Shown here in pieces: positions 48,060-57,212 of a stretch of 64,000 nt of DNA (its first letter is position 1; each line of letters starts with the position of its first letter). The stretch lies in NCBI GenBank assembly GCA_949878575.1, contig CATLAX010000001.1, positions 99,214-163,213 of the forward strand, written 5' to 3'. A model generated the notes under the pieces. It was not told the origin of the DNA, did not search any database, and saw nothing but the letters and a program-made list of their open reading frames with translations. A program made the translations under genes and the position numbers. Source of the DNA: an uncultured Alphaproteobacteria bacterium. Its GTDB lineage: Bacteria > Pseudomonadota > Alphaproteobacteria > Rs-D84.

Positions 48060-48229
48060 ATTATGTCAACGTAATTATTCGCTGCCCGTCCCCGTGAATG
48101 CAATCCCCTATAAATTTTTGTTGGTATTGCAAGGCAACGTGTTTTGCCGGGGTGGGGCGTATTTTGCCTAAATGCCCCGGATGCTTTTTGGAATAAGTCG
48201 TACACGGGCAATGTTTGCCGATGGTGTGC

Positions 48230-48658
48230 TTATCTGCGTTGCTCGTATTCTTCCTGTTCTTCTATTGTCATGGTGGCCAGGGGGCGCGCCAGCATGCGGG
48301 ACAGGCCTATTTCTTCGCCAGATACGACGCTGTATCCGAACGTGCCGTTTTCAAGACGTTCCAGCGCGGCGTTTATTTTTCGCAACAGGTTGTTGTCACG
48401 ACCCGCCATGCGCAGGTTCATTGTAATTTCCTGTTCAAACGAGGCGTTGTCGGAATCGTCGCCGACCCCCTCGTTCTCAGACTTTTCCGCCATGCGAACG
48501 GCGCTTAACACGGAATCGCTGTCCTGAACCAGTTCTTCCTTTTGCGCGTTTAGCAACTGATAAAAATATGCCAGATGATTCGGACACATGTACGGTTCCG
48601 ATTTTTTTGGCACATATTTTGGCGGTAATTGAATTGTCTTGTAATCTTGTGCGGGCAC
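48230..48658 (-). CDS. dksA: RNA polymerase-binding protein DksA
   Basis: EPYM...LAYF, DDSDNA (DxxDxA), KINAALERLENGTFGY...ARP; GTG start after AGGAG. Confidence 0.9.
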   Translation of the reverse strand: MPAQDYKTIQLPPKYVPKKSEPYMCPNHLAYFYQLLNAQKEELVQDSDSVLSAVRMAEKSENEGVGDDSDNASFEQEITMNLRMAGRDNNLLRKINAALERLENGTFGYSVVSGEEIGLSRMLARPLATMTIEEQEEYEQRR

Positions 48659-48660
48659 GT

Positions 48661-48981
48661 TTACGCTCCTTTTAATTCCATAATCCATGTGGCAAATGTT
48701 TCCGGATCCATGACACCTGTGCGGGCCTCTACCACTTCGCCGTTTTTAAACGCCAAAATTGACGGAATGCTGCGTATGCCGTATTTGGCAGGGGTGCGGC
48801 GGTTTGTTTCATCTATTTCAAACTTTACAAAATTTACGTCCGGCATCTGTGTGGAAACCTGTTCAAAAATGGGGCCGAACATGCGACATGGACCGCACCA
48901 TGACGCCCAGAAATCAACCAGGGTCAGTCCGCCCGATACCATTTCTGCAAAATTTGCGTCGTTCGCGTGTTGTAATGCCAT
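48661..48981 (-). CDS. trxA: thioredoxin
   Basis: LVDFWASWCGPCRM, YGIRSIP. Confidence 0.96.
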   Translation of the reverse strand: MALQHANDANFAEMVSGGLTLVDFWASWCGPCRMFGPIFEQVSTQMPDVNFVKFEIDETNRRTPAKYGIRSIPSILAFKNGEVVEARTGVMDPETFATWIMELKGA

Positions 48982-49054
48982 CTTTTTCTCCTTCCTTGTT
49001 GATATTTGTGCTGAGTGTATTATAATCGTCATAAAAAGCAAGAGAAATCATAAA

Positions 49055-50167
49055 GTGAATAAAATCATATACTTAGATGCGGCGGCAACCGCGTTAAAAC
49101 CGGATGCCGTCATTATGGCGGAGGCTGATTTTTTACGCAACAAATATGCAAACGCGGGACGCGGAATCTGTGCGCGTGCGGCCGCCGTTGACGACATGGT
49201 GGCGACGGCGCGTGCACGGGTGGCGCGCTTTGTCGGCGCCGCCGCACGCCAAATTGTTTTTACATCCGGCGCGACAGGCGGTCTGAACCAGGCGGCGCGC
49301 ATGATTTTGAACGCCCGCGGTGGCGGGAAAACGCGTGTCGCCGTGTCTGATTTGGACCATCACAGTGCGCGGTTGCCGTGGGTTGCGGCGGCGGGGCGGG
49401 GAAACGCGGAAATTACTGTCTTACCGCTGGATGCCGCATATAATATAGATGCTCAAAATGTTCCCGCCGCGGATGTAATGGTGTTGACCGCAATGTCAAA
49501 CGTGTTTGGCGCGGCCCAGGATGTCTGCCGGATAGTTCGTGCGGCGCGCATGAAAAATCCGGATGTTGTCGTGGTGGTTGACGCCGCGCAGTATGCGGCG
49601 CACATGCCGATAGACGCTGCCGCGTGGGATGCCGATTTTATCTGTTTTTCCGGTCACAAAATAGGGGCGGATACGGGGATTGGCGTAATGTATGTCAAAA
49701 ATCCCGATGTTTGGATGCCCGATAATTTTGGTGGCGGGATGGTAAACACGGTTAATGGCGATGATATTGTTTTAAACAGCGCCCCGGAACGGTTTGAGGC
49801 CGGGACACTGCCGCTGACGCAGATTGTCGGATTGCCCGCCGCGATTGACGCATGGACGCCGAATGCCGGCCTGGATGTAATGCGTCGCATGCATGACGCG
49901 TTGTCGCAAAACAAAAAAATAAAAATTCACACCGTGCGCGGGGCGTCCGTGTTGACGTTTACAGTGCCTGGGATGCATCCGCTGGATTTTGGCGCGCGCG
50001 CGGGTGCACGCGGACTGTGCATGCGTGTAGGCAACATGTGTGCGTCATGGGCGATGAATTTAATCGGTGCGGGGCCCGGCGGTGCGGTGCGCCTGTCCGC
50101 GGGGGCGTGGAATACGGCGGCCGATGCGGATGCGGCGGTCGGGATTATAACGGATATAGTAAAATAA
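49055..50167 (+). CDS. sufS: SufS/CsdA-type cysteine desulfurase
   Basis: YLDAAATALKP, DHHS, DAAQ, SGHK, RFEAGT, RVGNMCA; GTG start. Confidence 0.85.
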   Translation: MNKIIYLDAAATALKPDAVIMAEADFLRNKYANAGRGICARAAAVDDMVATARARVARFVGAAARQIVFTSGATGGLNQAARMILNARGGGKTRVAVSDLDHHSARLPWVAAAGRGNAEITVLPLDAAYNIDAQNVPAADVMVLTAMSNVFGAAQDVCRIVRAARMKNPDVVVVVDAAQYAAHMPIDAAAWDADFICFSGHKIGADTGIGVMYVKNPDVWMPDNFGGGMVNTVNGDDIVLNSAPERFEAGTLPLTQIVGLPAAIDAWTPNAGLDVMRRMHDALSQNKKIKIHTVRGASVLTFTVPGMHPLDFGARAGARGLCMRVGNMCASWAMNLIGAGPGGAVRLSAGAWNTAADADAAVGIITDIVK

Positions 50168-50168
50168 G

Positions 50169-50480
50169 ATGGTTCAGAAAGAAGACATAATCGGCGCCTT
50201 AAAGACGGTGTTTGACCCCGAGATTCCGGTAAACATATGGGATTTGGGGTTGGTATATGATATAGAAATCGGTCAGAATGAAATTGTCATAACAATGACT
50301 TTTACCAGTCCCACATGCCCCATGATGGAGGAATTGCTGGAAAGTGTCCGCGTGGCGGCCGGTGCGGCGGCGGGTGACATTCCGGTGCGTGTAAACCTGG
50401 TATGGGACCCGCCGTGGGATTTATCGCGAATGTCGGATGCGGCGCGTCTGGAGCTTGATTTGACGGAACAGGGGTGGTAA
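50169..50480 (+). CDS. SufT/DUF59 Fe-S assembly protein
   Basis: VFDPEIPVNIWDLGLVY, TSPTCPM, VWDPPW. Confidence 0.9.
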   Translation: MVQKEDIIGALKTVFDPEIPVNIWDLGLVYDIEIGQNEIVITMTFTSPTCPMMEELLESVRVAAGAAAGDIPVRVNLVWDPPWDLSRMSDAARLELDLTEQGW

Positions 50481-50845
50481 CCGTGACATATGACGAAATA
50501 AAACAGGTTTTGGATATGGCCGGCGACGACGTGGCGCGTCTGGAGGCGGTTATGGATTTCGGTGCGCAGATGCCGCCGCCGCCCGCGGGCGCGGTGTGCA
50601 CGGAAATTGCCGGATGTGCGTCGCGGGCGGTTATATGCCGCGAAGGCGATCGGTTTTACGGTGACGCCGATTCCGCCCTGGTGCGCGGGATAGTTGCGAT
50701 TTTGGTCGCCATGGTTGACGGAAAATCGCCGGCGCAGATTCGTGCGATGGATTTGCGCGGCGCATTTGCGGCGCTTGACTTAAAGCTGGGGACGGGCCGG
50801 CTGGGCGGTGTTAATTCTATGATTAGTTTTTTGGAAAATTTGTGA
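50474..50845 (+). CDS. sufE: SufE-family sulfur acceptor
   Basis: IAGCASR, DADSALVRG, GRLGG. Confidence 0.85.
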   Translation: MVTVTYDEIKQVLDMAGDDVARLEAVMDFGAQMPPPPAGAVCTEIAGCASRAVICREGDRFYGDADSALVRGIVAILVAMVDGKSPAQIRAMDLRGAFAALDLKLGTGRLGGVNSMISFLENL

Positions 50846-50881
50846 TAAACTGTATGGGAATATATTGACGGGGCGTTGCAG

Positions 50882-51178
50882 ATGACGGAAGACGAGAAAA
50901 TGTTTCATATCGGCCTGTGGGCGTTCGGGTCTGTTTTGGCGCTGACCATTGTGTTGCAGGTCTGTTATCGCACCCAGAACAAGGCGCGTGACCGTGTCCG
51001 CCGCGAGATAGTGCTGACACAGCAGAAATCGGCGGAAATGACGGCAAATTTTGCATCATATGTCAGGCCGGAAATTCTGCGTAATCTGGTGGTAAGCATT
51101 TATCCCAAATCAGAGGTGATAAGTTTTCATAAATCCGTCGCAATAGACGAACTGCCGCTAAGGGGACCCGATGTTTGA
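50882..51178 (+). CDS. cell division protein FtsL-like
   Basis: TM plus coiled coil (ANFASYVRPEIL); overlaps the ftsI start. Confidence 0.65.
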   Translation: MTEDEKMFHIGLWAFGSVLALTIVLQVCYRTQNKARDRVRREIVLTQQKSAEMTANFASYVRPEILRNLVVSIYPKSEVISFHKSVAIDELPLRGPDV

Positions 51179-52796
51179 GGTTGGGCGTGATATTTTCAGG
51201 CACGGTTTTACGGGGCGGGGCGGGTACGCCGCGGGGCGCGGGCGTCTGCGCTTTATTCATTACCTGTTTATAATTGCGTTCGGCCTGTTTATTGCGCGCA
51301 CGCTGCAGCTGGGGATTCAGGGAACGAATCGATCGCGGCGCGCCGGTGCCGACGGCGCATGGATGGTCAGCCGTGCGGATATTGTTGACAGAAACGGCGA
51401 TATTTTGGCCAAGAACGTCATGTCCGGCCATATAACACTGCGCCCGGGGTATGTGCGTGACCGCGATGCGGTGGCCGCAATGATACACAAGGTGGCGCCG
51501 TATGAATATTCGCTGAGCGATGCGCTGGCGCTGGTGAACTCGTCCAGGCGATTCGTTTATATAAAAAAGTATGCATCTGACGCCGCACGTGCGGAGGTAA
51601 AACAGGCCCGCCTGGAGGGGTTGGAGGTGGAGGATATTCAGACGCGCCGGTATCCGAAACGTCGGCTGTTTTCGCATGTCGTGGGTTATGTGAATGTTGA
51701 CGGCCGCGGCATGGACGGGGCAGAGGCCGTGTTTGACGACTATTTGCGCGAAAATTCTGATCCGCTGCGCCTGTCCGTGGATTCGCGCGTGCAAAGCGTT
51801 TTTTACGAACAGCTGTCCGCCGCGATGCAGCGTTACCAGGCAAAGGGTGCGATGGGCATGCTGATGAATTCGCGCACGGGTGAAATGGTGGCGATGGTGT
51901 CGCTGCCGGATTTTGATCCGGAAAACCGCAACATAGACCCGGTTGAAAACAGAACCTTTATGCCGATGCGCGGCGTGTTTGAAATGGGGTCCATATTTAA
52001 GATTTTCAATACCGCCATGGCGTTTGAAAACGGAATTACGCGCGAATATTATGTGGCGGAACCGTATAAGGTTCTGGATAAGTTCGGACGCACGGCCGCG
52101 CGTATTAGCGATGTGCGCAGTTTCCGCCCGCCGCGGCCAAATTTATCCGTTGAGGAAATAATGCTGCATTCCTGCAATGCGGGCAGCGCGCAAATCGCGC
52201 TGGATTTGCCGGATGGAACGCAAAAGGAATTTTTTGAAAGAATTCATTTGGACAAACCGTTGAAACTGGAATTCGGGCGGACGGAACGCACGCTGATGCC
52301 GATAAAGTGGGGGCCGGTTGAAAAGGCGACCGTGGCGTTCGGGCATGGAATATCCGTCACGCCGATGCATTTGCTGTTGGCGGTCAATGCGATGACCAAC
52401 GGCGGAATATACATTTATCCGACGCTGCAAAAGCGCGGTGTCGGCGCGGTGGAGGGACAGCGTGTTCTGGCGCCGGAAATATCGGCGCGCCTGCGCAGTG
52501 TTATGGTTCGCATCGCAGAGGAGACCAGCGGCAAAAAGGCGCGCGTGGCCGGAATTCAAATCGGCGGCAAGACCGCGACGGCGGAAAAGCGCATAAACGG
52601 AAAAATTGACCGCAAAAAGAACTTGACGGCGTTCGCGGGAATCTTTCCTGCGGCCGCACCGCAATATACGATACTGGTCGTGCTGGACGAGCCAAAGGGT
52701 ACGGCGGAAACTTTCGGACTGCGTACGGCGGCCTGGAACGCGGTGCCGACAACGGGATTGATTCTTGACAGCATACTGCCGTTGCTATTTGAATAA
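51171..52796 (+). CDS. ftsI: peptidoglycan transpeptidase FtsI (PBP3)
   Basis: RADIVDRNG, RRYP, EMGSIFK (SxxK), SCN (SxN), GGKTAT. Confidence 0.9.
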   Translation: MFEVGRDIFRHGFTGRGGYAAGRGRLRFIHYLFIIAFGLFIARTLQLGIQGTNRSRRAGADGAWMVSRADIVDRNGDILAKNVMSGHITLRPGYVRDRDAVAAMIHKVAPYEYSLSDALALVNSSRRFVYIKKYASDAARAEVKQARLEGLEVEDIQTRRYPKRRLFSHVVGYVNVDGRGMDGAEAVFDDYLRENSDPLRLSVDSRVQSVFYEQLSAAMQRYQAKGAMGMLMNSRTGEMVAMVSLPDFDPENRNIDPVENRTFMPMRGVFEMGSIFKIFNTAMAFENGITREYYVAEPYKVLDKFGRTAARISDVRSFRPPRPNLSVEEIMLHSCNAGSAQIALDLPDGTQKEFFERIHLDKPLKLEFGRTERTLMPIKWGPVEKATVAFGHGISVTPMHLLLAVNAMTNGGIYIYPTLQKRGVGAVEGQRVLAPEISARLRSVMVRIAEETSGKKARVAGIQIGGKTATAEKRINGKIDRKKNLTAFAGIFPAAAPQYTILVVLDEPKGTAETFGLRTAAWNAVPTTGLILDSILPLLFE

Positions 52797-52837
52797 TTTT
52801 TGATTATAATACCTCTGATAATAAGAAAGAGTGTACG

Positions 52838-54592
52838 TTGAGAAAGATAGTGGAAAAATCCGTGCTGGGGCGGGCATGGGTGTCGGCATATTCTGATGAA
52901 GATAAGATTTTTTCCAGCCCTGAAGATTTGGTCGGCAAAATACTGCATTGCCGCGGAATAGACGGCGACGCACAGCGAAATTTGTTTTTAAACCCGTCAA
53001 TCAAGGAATACATGCCGGATCCGTCCGTTATGCGTGACATGGATGCGGCCGCGTCCGTTATTGCGGATGCCGTGCTGCGCGGTGACAAAATTGCGATATA
53101 CGGTGATTATGATGTTGACGGCATAACGTCCACGGCGGTTTTTGTAAAATATCTGCGTGCGCTGGGGTGCGATGTCATATGGCATCTGCCGACCAGAGAG
53201 GGCGAGGGATACGGTCTGAACATACGCGCTGTTGACGACATAGCCGCGGCCGGTGCGCGTCTGCTGATTACGGTTGACTGTGGAATCAGCGGCGGGGCGG
53301 AGGTTGCTCATGCGCGTGCGCTGGGGATGCGTGTGGTTGTAACAGACCATCATTCGCCGGATACGACGCTGCCGGCGGCGGATGCGGTGGTAAATCCAAA
53401 GCGTTCTGACGATACGTCCGGGATGAATTATCTGGCGGGCGTCGGGGTTGCGTTTTTGACCATTGTGGCGCTGAACCGTGAATTGAAATCGCGCGGTGAC
53501 AACGGATTTGCAGAAAAACTGGCCGGGATAAATTTATTAAACTATCTGGATTTTGTCGCCCTGGGGACAATATGCGACACGATGCCGCTGGTCGGGCTTA
53601 ACCGTGCGTTTGTGGCAACCGGGTTAAAGGTGCTGGGAATGCGCCAGAACCTGGGGCTGCGCGTGCTGATGGATGTGGCGGGAATAAAAAAGCCGTCTGT
53701 TTACGCGGCCGGATTCGCACTGGGGCCGCGGCTGAATGCGGCGGGGCGTCTGGACTCTGCGGCGCCGGCGCTGGAACTGTTGTTAACGGACAATACGCTG
53801 ATTGCATATGATTTGGCGGAAAAACTGCACAAAATGAATCAGGAGCGCATAGATATTCAAAACGCCATAATGCTGCGCGCGAATGAAATGGCGGCCGCGT
53901 CCGCCGCGGACAGGTTTAGCCTGTTTGTATGCTGTGAAAACTGGCACGGGGGGGTGATGGGAATAATTGCCGGCCGGTTAAAGGACAAATACAATCTGCC
54001 GGCGTGCGTGGCGACAAAAAGCGACGGGGTTATAAACGGTTCCGGGCGTTCTGTTGCGGGCGTGGATCTGGGGCGGATTATACACGATGCGCTGGCGGCG
54101 GGAATCGCCCGCGAAGGTGGCGGACATGCGGCCGCGGCGGGCTTTACGCTGGATGCGGACAAGGAGAAGGAATTCGGTGAGTTTTTGGAACGCGCCGCGC
54201 GCGAACAGTTGGCGGGGCGCCCCCCCGTGCGGGAGGTTGTTGTTGACGCGGAACTGGATGCGGGCGGCGCAAACATGAAACTGGTAAAAATGCTGGGGGC
54301 GCTGGAACCGTTCGGCCAGGGAAACCCGGAACCGACGCTGGTGTTGCGCGGCGGCCGTTTGAAGGGCGTGTCCGTTATGGGCGGCGGCGCCCATCTGCGC
54401 GGCAGTGTCGCGACCAGTGCGGGAACAACACTGGCCTTTGTCGGCTTTAACCTGGTCGGCACGCCGGTTGGTGATTTTTTGCTGGACGACGAAAACACAA
54501 ACACTACAATAACCATGCTGGGGCGGCTTAAGGAAAATGAATATAACGGCCGGGTCAGCGCACAGTTCTTTCTGGAAGATATTACGATTTGA
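52838..54592 (+). CDS. recJ: ssDNA exonuclease RecJ
   Basis: YGDYDVDGITS, TVDCG, TDHH, PRLNAAGRL, GGGHAAAAG, LEPFGQGNPEP. Confidence 0.96.
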   Translation: MRKIVEKSVLGRAWVSAYSDEDKIFSSPEDLVGKILHCRGIDGDAQRNLFLNPSIKEYMPDPSVMRDMDAAASVIADAVLRGDKIAIYGDYDVDGITSTAVFVKYLRALGCDVIWHLPTREGEGYGLNIRAVDDIAAAGARLLITVDCGISGGAEVAHARALGMRVVVTDHHSPDTTLPAADAVVNPKRSDDTSGMNYLAGVGVAFLTIVALNRELKSRGDNGFAEKLAGINLLNYLDFVALGTICDTMPLVGLNRAFVATGLKVLGMRQNLGLRVLMDVAGIKKPSVYAAGFALGPRLNAAGRLDSAAPALELLLTDNTLIAYDLAEKLHKMNQERIDIQNAIMLRANEMAAASAADRFSLFVCCENWHGGVMGIIAGRLKDKYNLPACVATKSDGVINGSGRSVAGVDLGRIIHDALAAGIAREGGGHAAAAGFTLDADKEKEFGEFLERAAREQLAGRPPVREVVVDAELDAGGANMKLVKMLGALEPFGQGNPEPTLVLRGGRLKGVSVMGGGAHLRGSVATSAGTTLAFVGFNLVGTPVGDFLLDDENTNTTITMLGRLKENEYNGRVSAQFFLEDITI

Positions 54593-55545
54593 CGATGAAC
54601 GACAAAGACAAGATTTTAATAGAGAAACTGCGGACGGCAAAAAGTGTCGCGATTATAGGGCACAAAAATCCAGACGGTGATGCGCTGGGCAGTGCGCTGG
54701 CGATGTGCCGCCTGATTGAAATGAATTTCGGCATATCGCCTGTGTGCACGTATGACGGAAATATTCCGGAAGCGCTGGGGGCGGTGCCGCTGCGGTCGCG
54801 CATGCGCTTTGTCGGGCATTTGAATGCGCCGGCGCCGTTTGACGTTGTTATTCTGGTGGATTACGGAACTGCGCGACATTTGGAATTTGCGTCCGCACTG
54901 ATTGAAAACGCCGGGTTCGTTGTGGAAATTGACCATCATAAAAATGATGCGCCGATTGCCGCATTGTGTTTTGACGACGATACGGCAGACGCGACGGCTG
55001 TCATTATTTATGAAATGATGCGCCGCATGGATTGGCGTTTTGACGGTGATGTGCTGAATCTGCTGGCGCTGGGAATAATTACGGATACCGGGCATTTTAA
55101 GTTTGTGAAAAGCGGGCGCTCTATGCGCATAATGGCGGATTTGGTTGACGGCGGCGTCAAAATCGGCGCCGTGTACGACATGCTGAACAACCAGCCAAAG
55201 AAAACAATACTGGTTGAGGCAAAGGCGGCCGCATCCGCGGAGTTCTTTTACCGCGACCGCTTGGCGGTGGCGACAATAACAAACCGTGACTATAAGAATA
55301 TGGACGGACGCGGTGAAAACGTGCTGGACATTCTGTCGCGGATAAAGGGTGTGGAGTATATAGCGCTGCTGAAACAGCAAAAGGATAATCAAATCGGCGT
55401 ATCGCTGCGCGGCCGCCGCAAGCCGGTAAATTCCGTGGCGGCGGCACTGGGCGGGGGCGGACACCTGCGCGCCGCTGGGGCCGTTGTGCGCGATTCGCTG
55501 GAAAACGTGCATGACAGGGTTGTTGAACTGTTTAGGGGGATATAA
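54589..55545 (+). CDS. DHH/DHHA1 phosphoesterase (NrnA-like)
   Basis: HKNPDGDALGS, IDHH, TDTGHF, GGGGHLRAAG. Confidence 0.9.
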   Translation: MTMNDKDKILIEKLRTAKSVAIIGHKNPDGDALGSALAMCRLIEMNFGISPVCTYDGNIPEALGAVPLRSRMRFVGHLNAPAPFDVVILVDYGTARHLEFASALIENAGFVVEIDHHKNDAPIAALCFDDDTADATAVIIYEMMRRMDWRFDGDVLNLLALGIITDTGHFKFVKSGRSMRIMADLVDGGVKIGAVYDMLNNQPKKTILVEAKAAASAEFFYRDRLAVATITNRDYKNMDGRGENVLDILSRIKGVEYIALLKQQKDNQIGVSLRGRRKPVNSVAAALGGGGHLRAAGAVVRDSLENVHDRVVELFRGI

Positions 55546-56165
55546 TGATGTTGGGAAAATTTGCGGGATTTTTGTTTTTCTCCGTCTTTGCGTTCGGGGC
55601 GTACGGTGCGCCGGATGCGGCACTGGTCGGGCGGGCGGAAAAGTATTTGAATTCCATAACGGGGCTGGCCGGCGGGTTTACGCAATCCGCGGCGGGACGC
55701 CGTGACAGGGGAACTTTTTCAATGCTGCGTCCCGGGCGCGTACGGCTGGATTACGACAGCATGCCTGTTCAAATGATTTCCGACGGCAAGGATTTGTATT
55801 TTTTTGACAAATCGCTGGACCAGATTACAACGGTGCCGCTGACCAGTACGCCGGCCGGCATTCTGGTCCGCAAAAAGGTGGATTTGCGCAATGCGGATAT
55901 AGTCGTGACTGATACTGTCGCGGGCAAGGGCACTTTTTCCTTGAAAATGCATTTAAAAGGCCAGGAAGGGCTGGGCAACATGACGGTTGTCTTTTCTGAC
56001 AATCCGGTTGCACTGAAATCATGGACGGTTGTTGATGCAACTGGGGCAAAGACGGACGTCGTTTTTGACAATTTAAAAACGAAGACCGATTTTGCAAAAA
56101 ATTATTTCCAGATTCAACGCCACAAGACCGTTTCAACATCCGGCGGTGACGCGTTTTACGATTAG
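55545..56165 (+). CDS. lolA: outer-membrane lipoprotein carrier LolA
   Basis: signal peptide, FTQ...GTFSMLRPGRVRLDY, ISDG, PLTSTP. Confidence 0.85.
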   Translation: MMLGKFAGFLFFSVFAFGAYGAPDAALVGRAEKYLNSITGLAGGFTQSAAGRRDRGTFSMLRPGRVRLDYDSMPVQMISDGKDLYFFDKSLDQITTVPLTSTPAGILVRKKVDLRNADIVVTDTVAGKGTFSLKMHLKGQEGLGNMTVVFSDNPVALKSWTVVDATGAKTDVVFDNLKTKTDFAKNYFQIQRHKTVSTSGGDAFYD

Positions 56166-56173
56166 GACGGCGA

Positions 56174-56470
56174 ATGTTCGGAATAAGCTGGGCTGAATTT
56201 TTTGTAATATTTTTGGTGGCGGTTATCGTGATACCGGCGCGCAACTGGCCGGATGTGGCGCGCGCGCTGGCGCGCACGGTTAAAACCGTGCGGGCATTCA
56301 TATGGAAAATCACGGATGCCTCAGAGCAGATTACGCGCCAGATAGAATTAGAACGCCCCATAGACGAGCTTATAAAAAAAACAACCGATGACGTGCTGGA
56401 CCAGATTTCCGTGCCTGTGAAAAAAAATACAACGAAGGCCAAAGGGCGCGTCGGGGGGCGTAAAAAATGA
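56174..56470 (+). CDS. tatB: twin-arginine translocase TatB
   Basis: MFGISWAEFFVIFLVAVIVI, upstream of tatC. Confidence 0.8.
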   Translation: MFGISWAEFFVIFLVAVIVIPARNWPDVARALARTVKTVRAFIWKITDASEQITRQIELERPIDELIKKTTDDVLDQISVPVKKNTTKAKGRVGGRKK

Positions 56471-57171
56471 AAATGACCCTGATGCAGCATTTTGTTGAAC
56501 TGCGCCGCCGCGTTTTGTGGGTGGCGCTGATAAGCATGTGCGCGTTCGGGGCGGGGTGGTTTCTTGCACCGCCGTTGCAGCGTTTTTTAACAGTGCCCTT
56601 GCTGAATGTGTGGCCGGACGGAACGCTGTTGTATACGGGACTGGCCGACGGGCTGATGATACAGTTTTCTTTGGCCGGAACGGTTGCGCTGATGATCGGG
56701 ATTCCGGCGGCGATGTGGCATGCGTGGGCGTTCGCCGCGCCGGGGCTGCGGAAAAACGAGAAAAACTTTATATGGCCCGTTCTGTTAATGTCGCCGGTAT
56801 TGTTTTTGGCGGGCGCCGCGTTCGCATTTTATGTTTTGTTTCCGGTCGCCTTTAAGTTTTTTGTTGAATTGAACCAGGCCGCCCCCGTACCCAGTGTGCT
56901 GATGCCCGCCGTGCGCGACTATTTGACGTTTGCAATAGGATTGCTGAAAGTGTTCGGTCTGGCGTTTCAACTGCCGCTGGTTCTGGTGCTGTTGAATCGC
57001 GCGGGGGTGCTGTCGCGGCGCGCGGCGCGGCGCATGCGCCGCTATGCCATTGTCGCCATTGTTGCCGTGGCCGCCGTACTGACCCCGCCGGACATCGTAT
57101 CTCAGATATTGCTGGCGTTGCCGATGTGGGCGCTGTTTGAGGTCAGTCTGTTATTCATGCGGCGTGACTGA
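56467..57171 (+). CDS. tatC: twin-arginine translocase TatC
   Basis: MTLMQHFVELRRR, APGLRKNEK, FGLAFQLP, LTPPD. Confidence 0.95.
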   Translation: MKMTLMQHFVELRRRVLWVALISMCAFGAGWFLAPPLQRFLTVPLLNVWPDGTLLYTGLADGLMIQFSLAGTVALMIGIPAAMWHAWAFAAPGLRKNEKNFIWPVLLMSPVLFLAGAAFAFYVLFPVAFKFFVELNQAAPVPSVLMPAVRDYLTFAIGLLKVFGLAFQLPLVLVLLNRAGVLSRRAARRMRRYAIVAIVAVAAVLTPPDIVSQILLALPMWALFEVSLLFMRRD

Positions 57172-57212
57172 TTACATTTTGTTTGCCGTCTTTTTTGTGA
57201 TATAATTTTGAT

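Noticed and set aside
48045-48075. Possible dif site (TATTATGTCAAC)
   Set aside because: Only a partial XerD-like arm; no XerC arm, and it overlaps a terminator
48629-49054. Long N-terminal extension of the sufS ORF
   Set aside because: It is the antisense of trxA; the real start is the GTG at 49055
52560-52590. FtsI KTG motif reads KTA
   Set aside because: SxxK and SxN are intact; a single substitution is not enough to claim altered function
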